Positions 39,578 through 50,023 of a DNA stretch of 64,000 bases are shown here, in pieces (within the stretch, counting starts at the first letter, position 1; every line of letters begins with the position of its first letter). This DNA comes from an uncultured virus (IMG/VR IMGVR_UViG_3300037067_003729) (taxonomy: Duplodnaviria > Heunggongvirae > Uroviricota > Caudoviricetes). The position numbers were made by a program, and so were the translations under genes. The notes beneath the pieces are model-generated. The model was not told the origin of the DNA, did no database searches, and worked only from the letters and a program-made list of their open reading frames with translations. The DNA lies in IMG/VR virus record IMGVR_UViG_3300037067_003729, one strand, 5' to 3'.

Positions 39578-40390
39578 ATGTTTTTAAAATATTTTCCTAC
39601 ACCGTTGATGGATGAAATTGACGCAAGTGGCGGAGCCACAGGGGAATCAGTCACCCCCAATAATACGGATACCACAGGGACAGGCGCAACACCGGGAGTC
39701 GCCGACTCGGTACCTGATGGTAACAAACCTGATGCAGCATGGGCTGAGTTGAGACGTAAAGCTGAACTTGCAGACGGCCTTTTGAAAGAAAATGGTGAGT
39801 ATAAGTCCAAGTTTGAAAAGCTTGCGCAAAAAGCTCTACCTGAAGGATTCGCAACTGTTGACGAGTATCTTGAATACCTCGAAAACATGAATATGGAATC
39901 AGCAGAGCAGCCAAGCACTCAAAAGCCTGCTATTGACGAAAAGAAAATCTTTGATGTGCTGTCAAAGCAAATCGACACAAAGGTAAGCGAACACCCGTTG
40001 ATTAAAGCAGCCGAAAAGGAACGTCAGGACAGGTTCCTTGTCACCAGCTTTAAGGAAGCGCAAAAAGTGTTTAAAGACATCCAAAAAGCTGAGGACATTC
40101 CCGAAGAGGTTTGGAAGGCATGGGATGAAGGAAAAAGCAAGCGCACATTATTGAGTCACCTTAAAGAACATCGGTATGATTCTGACGTCGAAAGCGCCAG
40201 GAAATCCGGTGAAAATAAGGCGACAGCTACAGTAATGAGTACAGCACATACAGCACAGGTAAACGGCGCAAATAAACCCGCAGAATATGACAACGTCATT
40301 GTGCCGGAAGCAGTAAGGAGAAACCTTGAACTAGTTGGGGTTAAGGACCCACTGCAACAAAAAATGGCATACGTAAAATACCATAGATAA
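39578..40390 (+). CDS. Capsid scaffolding protein
   Basis: Acidic low-complexity N-terminus, AAWAELRRK coiled coil; position between portal and capsid. Confidence 0.72.
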   Translation: MFLKYFPTPLMDEIDASGGATGESVTPNNTDTTGTGATPGVADSVPDGNKPDAAWAELRRKAELADGLLKENGEYKSKFEKLAQKALPEGFATVDEYLEYLENMNMESAEQPSTQKPAIDEKKIFDVLSKQIDTKVSEHPLIKAAEKERQDRFLVTSFKEAQKVFKDIQKAEDIPEEVWKAWDEGKSKRTLLSHLKEHRYDSDVESARKSGENKATATVMSTAHTAQVNGANKPAEYDNVIVPEAVRRNLELVGVKDPLQQKMAYVKYHR

Positions 40391-40429
40391 CGGGACAACC
40401 TCCCGTTATTTTACAGGGAGGGATTTTTC

Positions 40430-40858
40430 ATGTTTGAATTCGCAAAATTTGTACAGGGTGAAGGCAACAGCCTTTATTCTGAAAAAAGATTACCTGCACT
40501 CAGCGGATACGCGCTATACAATACCCAGGCCTTGAAAGTAACGGGCGGTGCCCTTTGCTTTGCAGACAGTGCCGACACGGTATATGCGATATCCAACGTT
40601 TCCGCCGCATCATCCGTAGTAACAGCGGCATATTACCCGACAGTAACGCCGGTAAATGACAACCAGGTGTGGAAAGCTTCAATTTCCACCGCCATAACAG
40701 CCGCAACAGTAGCCGGTTCCAAGATTAACTTGGGTACGGCATCGGTTGGCACGGGTGTTAACGGCGCAGCGGCAGGTACAGGGCTCTTAGTTTACAAGAC
40801 TGCAACGGCGGATTCTCCGACCAGTTCAATCTATGTAATCTTTGCCCCTGCAATATAA
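40430..40858 (+). CDS. Head decoration/cement-like protein (Ala/Ser/Thr-rich)
   Basis: 142 aa beta-rich protein between scaffold and capsid. Confidence 0.6.
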   Translation: MFEFAKFVQGEGNSLYSEKRLPALSGYALYNTQALKVTGGALCFADSADTVYAISNVSAASSVVTAAYYPTVTPVNDNQVWKASISTAITAATVAGSKINLGTASVGTGVNGAAAGTGLLVYKTATADSPTSSIYVIFAPAI

Positions 40859-40871
40859 GGGGGTGGCATAA

Positions 40872-41831
40872 ATGATTAACTATACCGCAACAGAATTTAA
40901 CAAGCTTGTAGGTAACTATGAAGTTGCCATATTGAAGTTCATGGAGGACATAGGCACAGCCAAAGCCGACACCGGAATGATAAACGAACTGTTCAACAGA
41001 CAGGACGTTGACGAACCGGCAGTTTCCATTTTGGGAACCAGTTCAAGAGGCGACATAAAGCAGATGCACGGCACAAGGAACTATTCGGACATCAATGAAT
41101 ACTTTGCCAAGACTTGCGAGTTCACTGAATTTTCCGACACCGCATCGTTCGGCAGAAAATTCCTTGACGACAACAAACTCTTGTCCATGCAGACGGCAGG
41201 CAAGTCACTGATGGAATCAGCCTACAGGACGCAGGAAAACTTTGCAGCTGCTGTATTCAACAATGCAGATCAGAGCTCATTTGTTAAAGATGGCGATACT
41301 TACACGTGGACACTCTGTGCAGACGGTGGCTCGTTTGTCAATGATACACATACAAGCAAGAGCGGAAAAAACGTGGACTATCTTGACAACAAGACCACTA
41401 ATGTACTCGACGGTGACAACCTTGACGAAGCAATAGTGACAATGAGTGATTTCACAGATGACACCGGAAACGACGGAAGTTATTTCGGCGACACATTGCT
41501 TGTAGGTATGGCAAACGCCAAAACTGCCCTCGAACTCGCCAACAGTGACAAAAAGCCCAAGGTAGCCAACAACGAATATAACGTCTACGAAGGAATGTTC
41601 AAGGTTGTTGTGTGGAAGAAGCTCAAGAAACAGTCGGGTAAATCCAATCATCCGTGGCACTGGATTGACAGCGTTGCGGCTAAGGAAAACCTGTATTTCC
41701 TTGACAGAATCAAACCCGAAACGCAAAGCAACAACAGCTTTGAAACATTGTCATGGGCCATAGGAGTATATGCCAGATTTGGAATTTGCATATATGATTG
41801 GAAGTTTTTGGTAGGTAATATACCTGCCTAG
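40872..41831 (+). CDS. Major capsid protein
   Basis: 319 aa; DG.SF....H motif, LLVG, C-terminal YARFG.CIYDWK pattern; followed by terminator. Confidence 0.82.
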   Translation: MINYTATEFNKLVGNYEVAILKFMEDIGTAKADTGMINELFNRQDVDEPAVSILGTSSRGDIKQMHGTRNYSDINEYFAKTCEFTEFSDTASFGRKFLDDNKLLSMQTAGKSLMESAYRTQENFAAAVFNNADQSSFVKDGDTYTWTLCADGGSFVNDTHTSKSGKNVDYLDNKTTNVLDGDNLDEAIVTMSDFTDDTGNDGSYFGDTLLVGMANAKTALELANSDKKPKVANNEYNVYEGMFKVVVWKKLKKQSGKSNHPWHWIDSVAAKENLYFLDRIKPETQSNNSFETLSWAIGVYARFGICIYDWKFLVGNIPA

Positions 41832-41850
41832 GGTATATGAATTACAATGT

Positions 41851-41875
41851 GCCGCCTGAAATATGGCGGCTTTTT
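41851..41875 (+). terminator. Terminator after capsid gene
   Basis: GCCGCC-tgaaatat-GGCGGC TTTTTT. Confidence 0.75.
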
Positions 41876-41888
41876 GGAGGTGAAATAA

Positions 41889-42353
41889 ATGAGTACTGAA
41901 ACAACAAGGGTATCCTCATATATCCGGTCAGAAGGATTTTTGGACTCAGCAGGTACAATGTATCAGTATGCGTCCGCGGTCAATAACTTGGTATCAGGTC
42001 TGACGACGGCAGTAAACGCATCATCGTTGGTTAACCTCGTGAGTGGACTTACAACAGGCGTTGCCGCATCAGCTTTAACAGCCAACGTATCAGGTTTGAC
42101 AATAGGCGCAGCAATACTAAACGCAGTACAATACGCCGCAACAGCCCATATGGTAGCATACGGGTCAGCCGTCATAACAGGCACAGGCACATTTGCCCAT
42201 GGTTTAGCGACTGTAGCCTATGTGCAGGTAACACCATTAGTTTCCGCGCTTTGTTGGGCGACTGTATCGGGTGGAGCAAATATAACAGTAACACTAACGT
42301 CCGGTGCTGCTGCTGCAACAGGTGCAGTTCATTGGATGGCAATAAATGCATAG
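41889..42353 (+). CDS. Ser/Thr/Ala-rich virion protein (head fibre-like)
   Basis: Three (N)LVSGLT repeats, HGL C-terminal motif, no lysine. Confidence 0.6.
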   Translation: MSTETTRVSSYIRSEGFLDSAGTMYQYASAVNNLVSGLTTAVNASSLVNLVSGLTTGVAASALTANVSGLTIGAAILNAVQYAATAHMVAYGSAVITGTGTFAHGLATVAYVQVTPLVSALCWATVSGGANITVTLTSGAAAATGAVHWMAINA

Positions 42354-42395
42354 AGACAGGCGGTGTAAAAACCGCCTTATTCTTTTGGAGGATTT

Positions 42396-42599
42396 ATGTT
42401 TAATATCGATCAAAAGCGCGTAAATGGCGATACAACCAATATGCTTTTATCCAATATATCCGAACAGATTCAAGAGTTAATTACACTTCTGAAACCGGAA
42501 GAGGTCAAGGAAGTCAAGCAAGGATTCAAATGTTCATGTGGAAAATCTTTTGAAACTGAAAAGCAGTTAAGGGGCCACAAGATTAAATGTAAGGGGTGA
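42396..42599 (+). CDS. C2H2-type zinc finger protein
   Basis: FKCSCGKSFETEKQLRGHKIKC. Confidence 0.75.
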   Translation: MFNIDQKRVNGDTTNMLLSNISEQIQELITLLKPEEVKEVKQGFKCSCGKSFETEKQLRGHKIKCKG

Positions 42600-42604
42600 T
42601 TTAT

Positions 42605-42883
42605 ATGTCAGACATATTTAGAGAAGGCGGGTACAAATTTGGCACAGTAACGTCTATGACCGTATCAACGGTAGCAACAACATTCCCGTATAACGGTACG
42701 TTTCAACTACACAACGCCGGAACAGGTACTGTCTATATGGGCATAGCCTCGACATTGGGTTCTGGAACAGGAAGTTGGGATATTGGTGCAGGCGAAAAAA
42801 TAGGACCGTTGCATCTGACGACGGGTAACTGGTTTTTGGCAAGTGCGGCACGGACATTGAAATTCTTTCAGTATATATATTAA
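42605..42883 (+). CDS. small virion protein
   Basis: LHNAGTGTVYMG motif, Thr/Gly-rich. Confidence 0.6.
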   Translation: MSDIFREGGYKFGTVTSMTVSTVATTFPYNGTFQLHNAGTGTVYMGIASTLGSGTGSWDIGAGEKIGPLHLTTGNWFLASAARTLKFFQYIY

Positions 42884-42895
42884 GGACGTGATTTT

Positions 42896-44122
42896 ATGGG
42901 AATTCAAACAACTTATAATTGGGGACAGACCAATTCGGCTTTGGCAGATATTGCGAACTCGATAGCAGTTACAGACGGTCTTATTCGTACCCGTGGCAAG
43001 GTAATTGAAGATTTTAACTCTATTACGCCGTGGACAGGTACAAATTGTACTCCTGTACTTGATACCGCACACGTTCGCCCCGGAAGTAAGGCAGCGGTCA
43101 AGGTAGTTAATACGGCAGCAGGAACGCAGGCCAAAATTGACAGAGTAATATCAATGGCACTCGCATCTATGACAAGTATTAACATATGGGCTTATATAGT
43201 GGATATCACCAAGGTTACTAATATAACGGTATATTTTACGTCTGCTGCATGGACAAAATGGTATTCGGTTACTTTTGATGCTCCCACGCAAAGACAATTA
43301 AAACAAGGCTGGAATTTAATAGCTATACCTAAAGCTAATTTTATAACCGGCAACGGGGATAGCTGGGATAACACAATGGTTAAATTTAGGCTGGTTGTTA
43401 CCCCTGTAGCTGCGAGCGTTGCTGAAGTGACCTTTGATATGATGATTAAAGATCAAGCCTCCAAACCTTGCTTGGTGCTTACTTTTGATGATGGTTATAA
43501 AGTAGTACAAACAGGTGCCTTCCCACTGATGGAAGCATTAGGTATCAAAGGCACTTGTTGGGTAGCGCCTTCTCTTGTAAATGGTGTAGATGTTAACTAC
43601 ATGAGACTTGCAGACCTTACGGCTTTAGCAAATGCAGGATGGCTAATCAGTAATCATACTTTAAGTCACACTAATTTGTCTACACTTACAACTGATGCAG
43701 AAATAGCCGCAGAAATACAAGGTGGCATAGACTTCTTGAATGCAAACGGATTTTCAAAAGGATCTCAATTCCTAGGTTATCCTTTAGGTGGGTACAATGA
43801 TAATGTGATTAGAGTTGCCCAATCATTAGGCATAAAAAGTGCAAGAAGTATATTACAGAGATATGAAGGTAATCCGGTTGAAAACCTACTGACAGTTGGA
43901 GAATGGCCTATAGCTGCTGCAACTTCGACTGCTGGTTTTTCTGCTAAAATAGATGAAGCTATACAGTCTGGAACGTCTATAATCACAATGATTCATGCAG
44001 ATTTTAACGCTACTGTGCTGGGTGAAATTTTGACATATGCATCAACTCGGATTGAGTGCATGACATATGACCAATGGTATGAGCAAGTAGTGGGAATTCA
44101 GAAGTTTTACGATAAGTTCTAG
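42896..44122 (+). CDS. Polysaccharide deacetylase (CE4/NodB) with N-terminal beta-sandwich
   Basis: LTFDDG, GWLISNHTLSH, GYPLG, MIH motifs. Confidence 0.88.
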   Translation: MGIQTTYNWGQTNSALADIANSIAVTDGLIRTRGKVIEDFNSITPWTGTNCTPVLDTAHVRPGSKAAVKVVNTAAGTQAKIDRVISMALASMTSINIWAYIVDITKVTNITVYFTSAAWTKWYSVTFDAPTQRQLKQGWNLIAIPKANFITGNGDSWDNTMVKFRLVVTPVAASVAEVTFDMMIKDQASKPCLVLTFDDGYKVVQTGAFPLMEALGIKGTCWVAPSLVNGVDVNYMRLADLTALANAGWLISNHTLSHTNLSTLTTDAEIAAEIQGGIDFLNANGFSKGSQFLGYPLGGYNDNVIRVAQSLGIKSARSILQRYEGNPVENLLTVGEWPIAAATSTAGFSAKIDEAIQSGTSIITMIHADFNATVLGEILTYASTRIECMTYDQWYEQVVGIQKFYDKF

Positions 44123-44196
44123 GTTCAACTATGGATAATAGTACGCAAGGGGCTTGTGAAAACAGGCTCCTTTTATTATGGAAAGAGGTGATATAG

Positions 44197-45099
44197 GTGG
44201 GATATACATTAGGGGACATCCGCAACGCAACGATAAAACTAATCAACGAGTACCAAACCGTGACCGCAAACATAGATATTTCAATTTTAAACAGGTTGGA
44301 CGATTCAATCAACCTATGTTACCAAGAACTTTCCCAAAAAGATAAAATTTCCTCAAGCGTGGCAATACCACAATTCCCCATTGAAAACATGCTTGGCGAA
44401 ACATTTTCCTATAACACCCATACTACCACGTCCGTAAGTTACACAGCTGCAAGCGCATATGCGTATTACTACGAATGTGACGGACCTCATTCAATAGATA
44501 TCTTGGAAGGTTCAAGCATTACGACTATGACTACCTTATCTACCGTGACCGTCACTGCAGCAAGCACGTTTGTTGCATACAAAAACTTTGTCACTGCGAC
44601 GGTATCGTCTGATTATATCAAACTGAACTTTTACGGCAATCAGGAATACAGAATTCAAAATGTAGCTTTTTACCCGTATACTTTCGGAAGTTCCACTGCT
44701 GCAATACCGGCCTTTAAACCGTATGCAGAATACGACTTACCTTCCGATTACAGTGACATAAATAAGGTAAGATATCATAAAAACAGTGATTACGGAACGT
44801 TTACAAATTACAGGATAGACAATAAAAAACTTTTGATAAGCAGGGGCTATTCTGCTGAATTTTTCCTTGACTACTGGATAATCCCCCCGGCAGTGACAAC
44901 GTCTACAAGTACATTCCTAATAAAAGACAGAACCGCTTTGATAATTCCTTTCGGAGTTGCAGGGGATGTCTTGATTGGAAACGGAATAAATGTAACCCAG
45001 GGACAGGTTTTCAAGACTGAGTATGAAAAGAAATTCAAATCAATAGATACCTCAACAGAACACGGCAAGCAGACGATAGCAAATTCAAGAAATTGGTAA
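44197..45099 (+). CDS. Head-tail adaptor / tail tubular protein A-like
   Basis: TLGDIR...IN helix, YDLPSDY motif; position upstream of nozzle-like gene. Confidence 0.6.
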   Translation: MGYTLGDIRNATIKLINEYQTVTANIDISILNRLDDSINLCYQELSQKDKISSSVAIPQFPIENMLGETFSYNTHTTTSVSYTAASAYAYYYECDGPHSIDILEGSSITTMTTLSTVTVTAASTFVAYKNFVTATVSSDYIKLNFYGNQEYRIQNVAFYPYTFGSSTAAIPAFKPYAEYDLPSDYSDINKVRYHKNSDYGTFTNYRIDNKKLLISRGYSAEFFLDYWIIPPAVTTSTSTFLIKDRTALIIPFGVAGDVLIGNGINVTQGQVFKTEYEKKFKSIDTSTEHGKQTIANSRNW

Positions 45100-45114
45100 A
45101 AGGCGGGTGATACT

Positions 45115-46908
45115 ATGTTGCAGGAATACCCGATAACGGCGTTTATAGGTGGGCTTAATGTGACAAAACCGCCGACTGACATAGAGGACGATCAAAGTCC
45201 GGACTGCGAAAATGTAGTCAACAACGAACTATACGGAATAAATTCAAGGTACGGGTACTCAAAGTATTACGCGACCGCACTCGCAACGGCAAATGTAAAT
45301 TCATTATTTGTCTATAACTCATTCAGTTCATCAGACTTTATTTACCCGGTTGGAACCTCGCTAAAGATTGACCTTGCTGGTTCGGCCTCGACCATATATT
45401 CAGGCATGGTTTCCGGCAAGTCAAGGGCATTTGAAATGAACGGGTATATATACATGCTTGACGGTTCCGGATATATAGAGTACAACGGCGCGACAGCTTC
45501 CACAGTGTCCGGATACATACCGACTTATTATGCGGACAAAAACCCTGACGGAACCGGAGGGGGACAGATTGACGAACTTAACTATATCCAATCCGGATTC
45601 ACCGAGACATTCTCAGGAAACGCGACGGCAACAACGTTCTACATGTCATTTGGAAGCCTTACGACGGGTGACAACGTAGTTATAGTAAATAACGCAACTT
45701 TAACCTCTGGAGGGGCTACAGCAGGGTTCACGGTCAACTATGCAAGCGGGTATTTTAATCTGACCACTGCGGCGACTTCCGGAGTCGGAAACGTAGAGAT
45801 AACCGTACATAAACCTGTTCTTTCTGCGACGTGTATAACCAACTGCACTTTTTGCGAGACATACGGAGAAGGAAACGACACCAACGTTTATTTAAGTGGA
45901 AATCCGTCTTTCCCTGCAAGGGTGTTTTGGTCGGACGTCTTGGATCCGACTTATTGCCCTGCGACCTCATACGCGGACGTAGGCGTAAAGAATGACAAAA
46001 TGATGGGATTTATTAAAACGGGAAACACGCTTCAGCTATGGAAATACCGGTCGGTTCACGGTTTAGTAGGTGCGCCGCCAAACAACTCCATTACTGAAAT
46101 GTACGACGGTGAGGGACTAGTCGCGACTGACACTTTGAAACTGGTAGACGGTATTCCAACGGGATTGAGTCAAAGGGGAGTCGTTCAGTTAAAGACAGAG
46201 GGAAACGGTTACAAGCTTGACCTTATCAGCGAGGACATAAACGGATTCACAGGGATACGCGACGGACTTATGACGGAATCCGAAACAAGCCGGGCGAACG
46301 CCTTTGCAATTGTGCACGATAAGAAATACTGGCTTCATGTGAACGATCAAATTTTTATCCTTCAGCAAAACCTTATCCATCAGGGAAACGGCAGGATTGT
46401 TTATCCATGGCTTAAATGGACACTTGCGAATGAACCGACGTGTTTCAATGTCAAGGATGGATACATGTATTTCGGCGGCGCGGGGAATCTCTATAAACTT
46501 GACCCCTCCGCTGCGAGTGATGACGGAACAGCCATTGACTCATATTGGTATTCAAAGAAAATGAACCCCGGACAGGGTTATGACTTGATTAAACTATTCA
46601 CGCATTTATATTTTGAATTCAGGACAATGTTTGGCAATACCACTATAGCAATCACTGTATACATAAACGACATTGCTGGTACGTCGGCGACCGCGCCCTT
46701 TGAGTTAGCTGGCGTGTGGATACCTAACGCCTTTAACCCGAATGCGTTCGCTCCGAATGTAGCAACTTACTCCAATTTCCCCAAAAGAGTACCAATAAAT
46801 CTGAAGGGAAAGTATTTCCAGTATAAGGTGAGAAGCAACACCCTAAATCAGGGATTTACCTTGTTGAACAGCAAACTATACTATGCCATAGACCGGAGAG
46901 TGATATAA
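45115..46908 (+). CDS. Tail nozzle/hub protein (P22 gp10 / tubular B-like)
   Basis: F.GGLN..P..I.DDQSP.CENV N-terminus; beta-propeller-like; DDGTAI..YW.SK; KGKYFQYK C-terminus. Confidence 0.68.
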   Translation: MLQEYPITAFIGGLNVTKPPTDIEDDQSPDCENVVNNELYGINSRYGYSKYYATALATANVNSLFVYNSFSSSDFIYPVGTSLKIDLAGSASTIYSGMVSGKSRAFEMNGYIYMLDGSGYIEYNGATASTVSGYIPTYYADKNPDGTGGGQIDELNYIQSGFTETFSGNATATTFYMSFGSLTTGDNVVIVNNATLTSGGATAGFTVNYASGYFNLTTAATSGVGNVEITVHKPVLSATCITNCTFCETYGEGNDTNVYLSGNPSFPARVFWSDVLDPTYCPATSYADVGVKNDKMMGFIKTGNTLQLWKYRSVHGLVGAPPNNSITEMYDGEGLVATDTLKLVDGIPTGLSQRGVVQLKTEGNGYKLDLISEDINGFTGIRDGLMTESETSRANAFAIVHDKKYWLHVNDQIFILQQNLIHQGNGRIVYPWLKWTLANEPTCFNVKDGYMYFGGAGNLYKLDPSAASDDGTAIDSYWYSKKMNPGQGYDLIKLFTHLYFEFRTMFGNTTIAITVYINDIAGTSATAPFELAGVWIPNAFNPNAFAPNVATYSNFPKRVPINLKGKYFQYKVRSNTLNQGFTLLNSKLYYAIDRRVI

Positions 46909-47784
46909 ATGGTTCAAAGAACAGACGATTACCTGAGACCGAGGGGGTACTACGACAATAAAGGCAATTTGTTAAAGGTTGGATTTGATACGGTCAATAT
47001 GCTTTCGGGGTTAGCGGTGACAGCAGGGCAAATCAATTACGCAACAAGTTATCCCGCCTCATGCGCTTATGCTGCGTCAGCAAGTACTTTAGGCGGACTG
47101 GATCCTTTGCAATACGCAAGAAGATATGCTGCAATCGTATCAGTTGTTAACTCATATGTAAATATTGCTAAAATAAATGGAACTGGCCTTGCTTCGTCCG
47201 TACGCTTATTAGTAGCAGGTACAGGAAACAGCGTAGTGGTAAATGTCATTTCAGACATTTTAGTGAATCATTTTCAGGATATCCTTGTCCGTAGTACAAG
47301 CGGAGAATATACTCAATTAACCATCAAAATAACAAGTGATACTAACTGTAGTTATAATATTAGCATTAAAACCACAAGCGTAAATGCTGCCAACTTGTAT
47401 TTCACTATCTTAGCCGACCCAATTAATACAGTTACATTATATACCAATAATCCCGCACTAGATTATACCACCATTACCCACGAACACACTACACAATCCG
47501 GTTCAACCAATATCACTGCCACAGGTGGAAATGCAGCGGCTATGTATGTGGAAAATAATGTTGTATGGCACGGTGGCAATTTGAAAAATGGTAGCACGGT
47601 AGCAAGCAACGACATGGTATTAACTCACGGTCTATCATCTGGTTTATATGGTCAAGTTTCTCCGCAAACAAGCGGAATAATAGCAGGGTGCGTTGTTACA
47701 CAAACAGGGATACAGTTTTCTATAACTAACATCTCAGGTGTTTCAACAAGCGCATCGGTTTATTGGACAGTATACGGAGATTAA
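46909..47784 (+). CDS. Tail fibre-like protein (Ser/Thr-rich)
   Basis: ASTLGG, VWHGGNL and THGL fibre-type motifs. Confidence 0.6.
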   Translation: MVQRTDDYLRPRGYYDNKGNLLKVGFDTVNMLSGLAVTAGQINYATSYPASCAYAASASTLGGLDPLQYARRYAAIVSVVNSYVNIAKINGTGLASSVRLLVAGTGNSVVVNVISDILVNHFQDILVRSTSGEYTQLTIKITSDTNCSYNISIKTTSVNAANLYFTILADPINTVTLYTNNPALDYTTITHEHTTQSGSTNITATGGNAAAMYVENNVVWHGGNLKNGSTVASNDMVLTHGLSSGLYGQVSPQTSGIIAGCVVTQTGIQFSITNISGVSTSASVYWTVYGD

Positions 47785-47796
47785 AGGGGTGATTTT

Positions 47797-48312
47797 ATGA
47801 TTAGTGCAAGCGTAGTATCGACAATAACATTAACATATTCCGGTTCAAATCCGTGGACCGTGTTTGATTCGTCAAATTTAGCAACAGGTGGTGCGTTGCA
47901 AGCGAATTGGAATGATGTTGTAAGCCAAATAGACGGGCTTTACAAGCCTTTACTGAACAGTTCCGTAAATGAAATGAACTTTATCGAGGGCGCAAGCGGT
48001 GCAAGATACGTTGGCATGAGCGGAATTGATGGAATAGGCACGGGTTCAACGGTGTTTTCTGCCTTGTATGCGATCAGCACAGCCGTATCGGCTATAAACA
48101 TTTCGGCGGCTTACGCAGGTTCGGCGGGTACGTTAAGCGGTTACGGAAACATCATGACCACTACAGGCAGCCAGGTAATGACCAATAAACTTGCAGCACA
48201 GAATCATAGTTCGTATACGTCACCATATTTGAGAAATGCAATATATTCCACAACGGCAGCAACAGGCGGGGCATGTAATAGCGGCGACACATGGTTGATG
48301 TATACGCCATAG
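47797..48312 (+). CDS. Tail/fibre protein (Ser/Thr-rich)
   Basis: C-terminal LRN...ST....GDTWL.Y motif typical of fibre connectors. Confidence 0.55.
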   Translation: MISASVVSTITLTYSGSNPWTVFDSSNLATGGALQANWNDVVSQIDGLYKPLLNSSVNEMNFIEGASGARYVGMSGIDGIGTGSTVFSALYAISTAVSAINISAAYAGSAGTLSGYGNIMTTTGSQVMTNKLAAQNHSSYTSPYLRNAIYSTTAATGGACNSGDTWLMYTP

Positions 48313-48321
48313 GAGGGCATT

Positions 48322-49275
48322 ATGAGCATTCAAGTGAATATAGATGGTGCCATAAAGAATGTGGTAAATGTACAAGTGAATATAGATGGTGCTATAAAAC
48401 AAGTAGCTAAAGTATTTGCCAATATAGACGGGGTTATAAAGACCGTTTGGGATTATGTCGGCGCGTGGGCAGCGGGTGGCAACCTTAACACCGCCCGCGG
48501 TGGTTTAGCTGGAGCAGGAACACAGACGGCGGGGCTAAGTTTCGGAGGTAATAGCGGTGGACTTAGTGTTGTAACCGAGGAATACGACGGCGTTGCATGG
48601 GCGGCTGGCGGAAACCTTAATACTGCTAGAGAATATTTAGCCGGAGTTGGCACACAAACAGCAGGACTTTCGTTCGGGGGACAGACTAGTTCATATTCCA
48701 ATATCACTGAAGAATATGATGGTGCTACGTGGACGGCAGGAGGAAATTTAAGTACGGCTAGATATCAATTAGGCGGCTGTGGCGTTCAAACAGCAGGACT
48801 TTCGTTCGGGGGTATAGTAGGTGTCGCCATTTATAGTAATGTTACTGAAGAATACGACGGTTCTACATGGACAGTAGGAGGAAACCTTAATACAGCACGT
48901 GGTGGATTGGGCGGTTGCGGCACACAGACAGCAGGATTGAGTTTTGGAGGCAATGGCGGCGGGTATAGTGCTGTCACCGAGGAATATGATGGTTCTACGT
49001 GGGCGGCAGGAGGCAACCTCAATACTGCACGTAGCAGTTTAGCTGGAGCAGGTTCACAAACAGCAGGACTTTCGTTCGGGGGCGGACTTACCAGTATTCC
49101 AATAGGGTATCATGCTGTAGGTATCACTGAGGAATACGATGGTTCTGTTTGGATAGTAGGCGGCAGTCTTAATACTGCAAGGGTTGGTTTAGCCGGTTGT
49201 GGCGTTCAAACAGCAGGGTTATCTTTCGGGGGTAGTGATCCGTCTAATGTAACTGAGGAATATACAAAAATTTAG
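48322..49275 (+). CDS. Kelch-repeat six-bladed beta-propeller, probable receptor-binding protein
   Basis: Three NIDG.IK N-terminal repeats; six W..GG.L.TAR..L.G.G.QTAGLSFGG...TEEY repeats. Confidence 0.85.
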   Translation: MSIQVNIDGAIKNVVNVQVNIDGAIKQVAKVFANIDGVIKTVWDYVGAWAAGGNLNTARGGLAGAGTQTAGLSFGGNSGGLSVVTEEYDGVAWAAGGNLNTAREYLAGVGTQTAGLSFGGQTSSYSNITEEYDGATWTAGGNLSTARYQLGGCGVQTAGLSFGGIVGVAIYSNVTEEYDGSTWTVGGNLNTARGGLGGCGTQTAGLSFGGNGGGYSAVTEEYDGSTWAAGGNLNTARSSLAGAGSQTAGLSFGGGLTSIPIGYHAVGITEEYDGSVWIVGGSLNTARVGLAGCGVQTAGLSFGGSDPSNVTEEYTKI

Positions 49276-49283
49276 GAGGTCTT

Positions 49284-49967
49284 ATGAATTTCAACACGCA
49301 ATCATTCTCGATCATTGAATCATCTAAGGTACTTAAATCGGATGATTTTTTTACATTGTCTGAGTTAAAATCTGAATTGCAGGACACGTTTCTTAATGTT
49401 CAAATATTCCGCACAAGAACAGAAATGGAAACAAGCGTATTAAACGACTTGAAACATCCTACGCCTGACTCAAAGTATTGGCAGGCCATGCGCGAACAAA
49501 ACGTCATGTTTCAAGAACTTGTCATGTTATCTTATGAATATAGAAAGAATCAGGTGGAAATAAAAATCCTGGAAAGAAAACTTGCCCTTGAGAATGATGA
49601 TCTGGAGAAAGAACTTTTGCAGATTGAGATTGAAAAGAAAAAATTCATCGGGACAAATCAGGAACGCACGGCGAAAGACCGTATCAGGGAACTTCGCGAA
49701 TGGCATGAAATCAAGGAGTCCTTGAAACCTGATATGGAATGCGGTATAGACAATGTTGACACTCACCAACTGGTAAGCTATACTCTGCGCTGGATAAATC
49801 AACTTTCGGGAATGAGCGAGAACGCAAGCATATCGGAAAGGAACAATCTTTTAGGCCAGTTGGACAAAGGGATTAAGCTTTGTAAACAAAAAGGATGCAT
49901 GACCAAAGTCTTAAAGCAAATTTCTGACAAGGACACACTGGAAATGATTAAAAAAATAGGAAACTAA
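49284..49967 (+). CDS. coiled-coil protein (possible fibre chaperone)
   Basis: PTPDSKYWQ..REQ; directly after Kelch gene. Confidence 0.6.
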   Translation: MNFNTQSFSIIESSKVLKSDDFFTLSELKSELQDTFLNVQIFRTRTEMETSVLNDLKHPTPDSKYWQAMREQNVMFQELVMLSYEYRKNQVEIKILERKLALENDDLEKELLQIEIEKKKFIGTNQERTAKDRIRELREWHEIKESLKPDMECGIDNVDTHQLVSYTLRWINQLSGMSENASISERNNLLGQLDKGIKLCKQKGCMTKVLKQISDKDTLEMIKKIGN

Positions 49968-50023
49968 GACTATTGTATAAAATACCAATAAATAGTATTA
50001 TATGTTTAGAAAGAAGAATTGTG

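Noticed and set aside
48322..49275. Diversity-generating retroelement TR/VR pair
   Set aside because: No reverse transcriptase in the window; repeats are in-frame Kelch blades and differences are not adenine-specific
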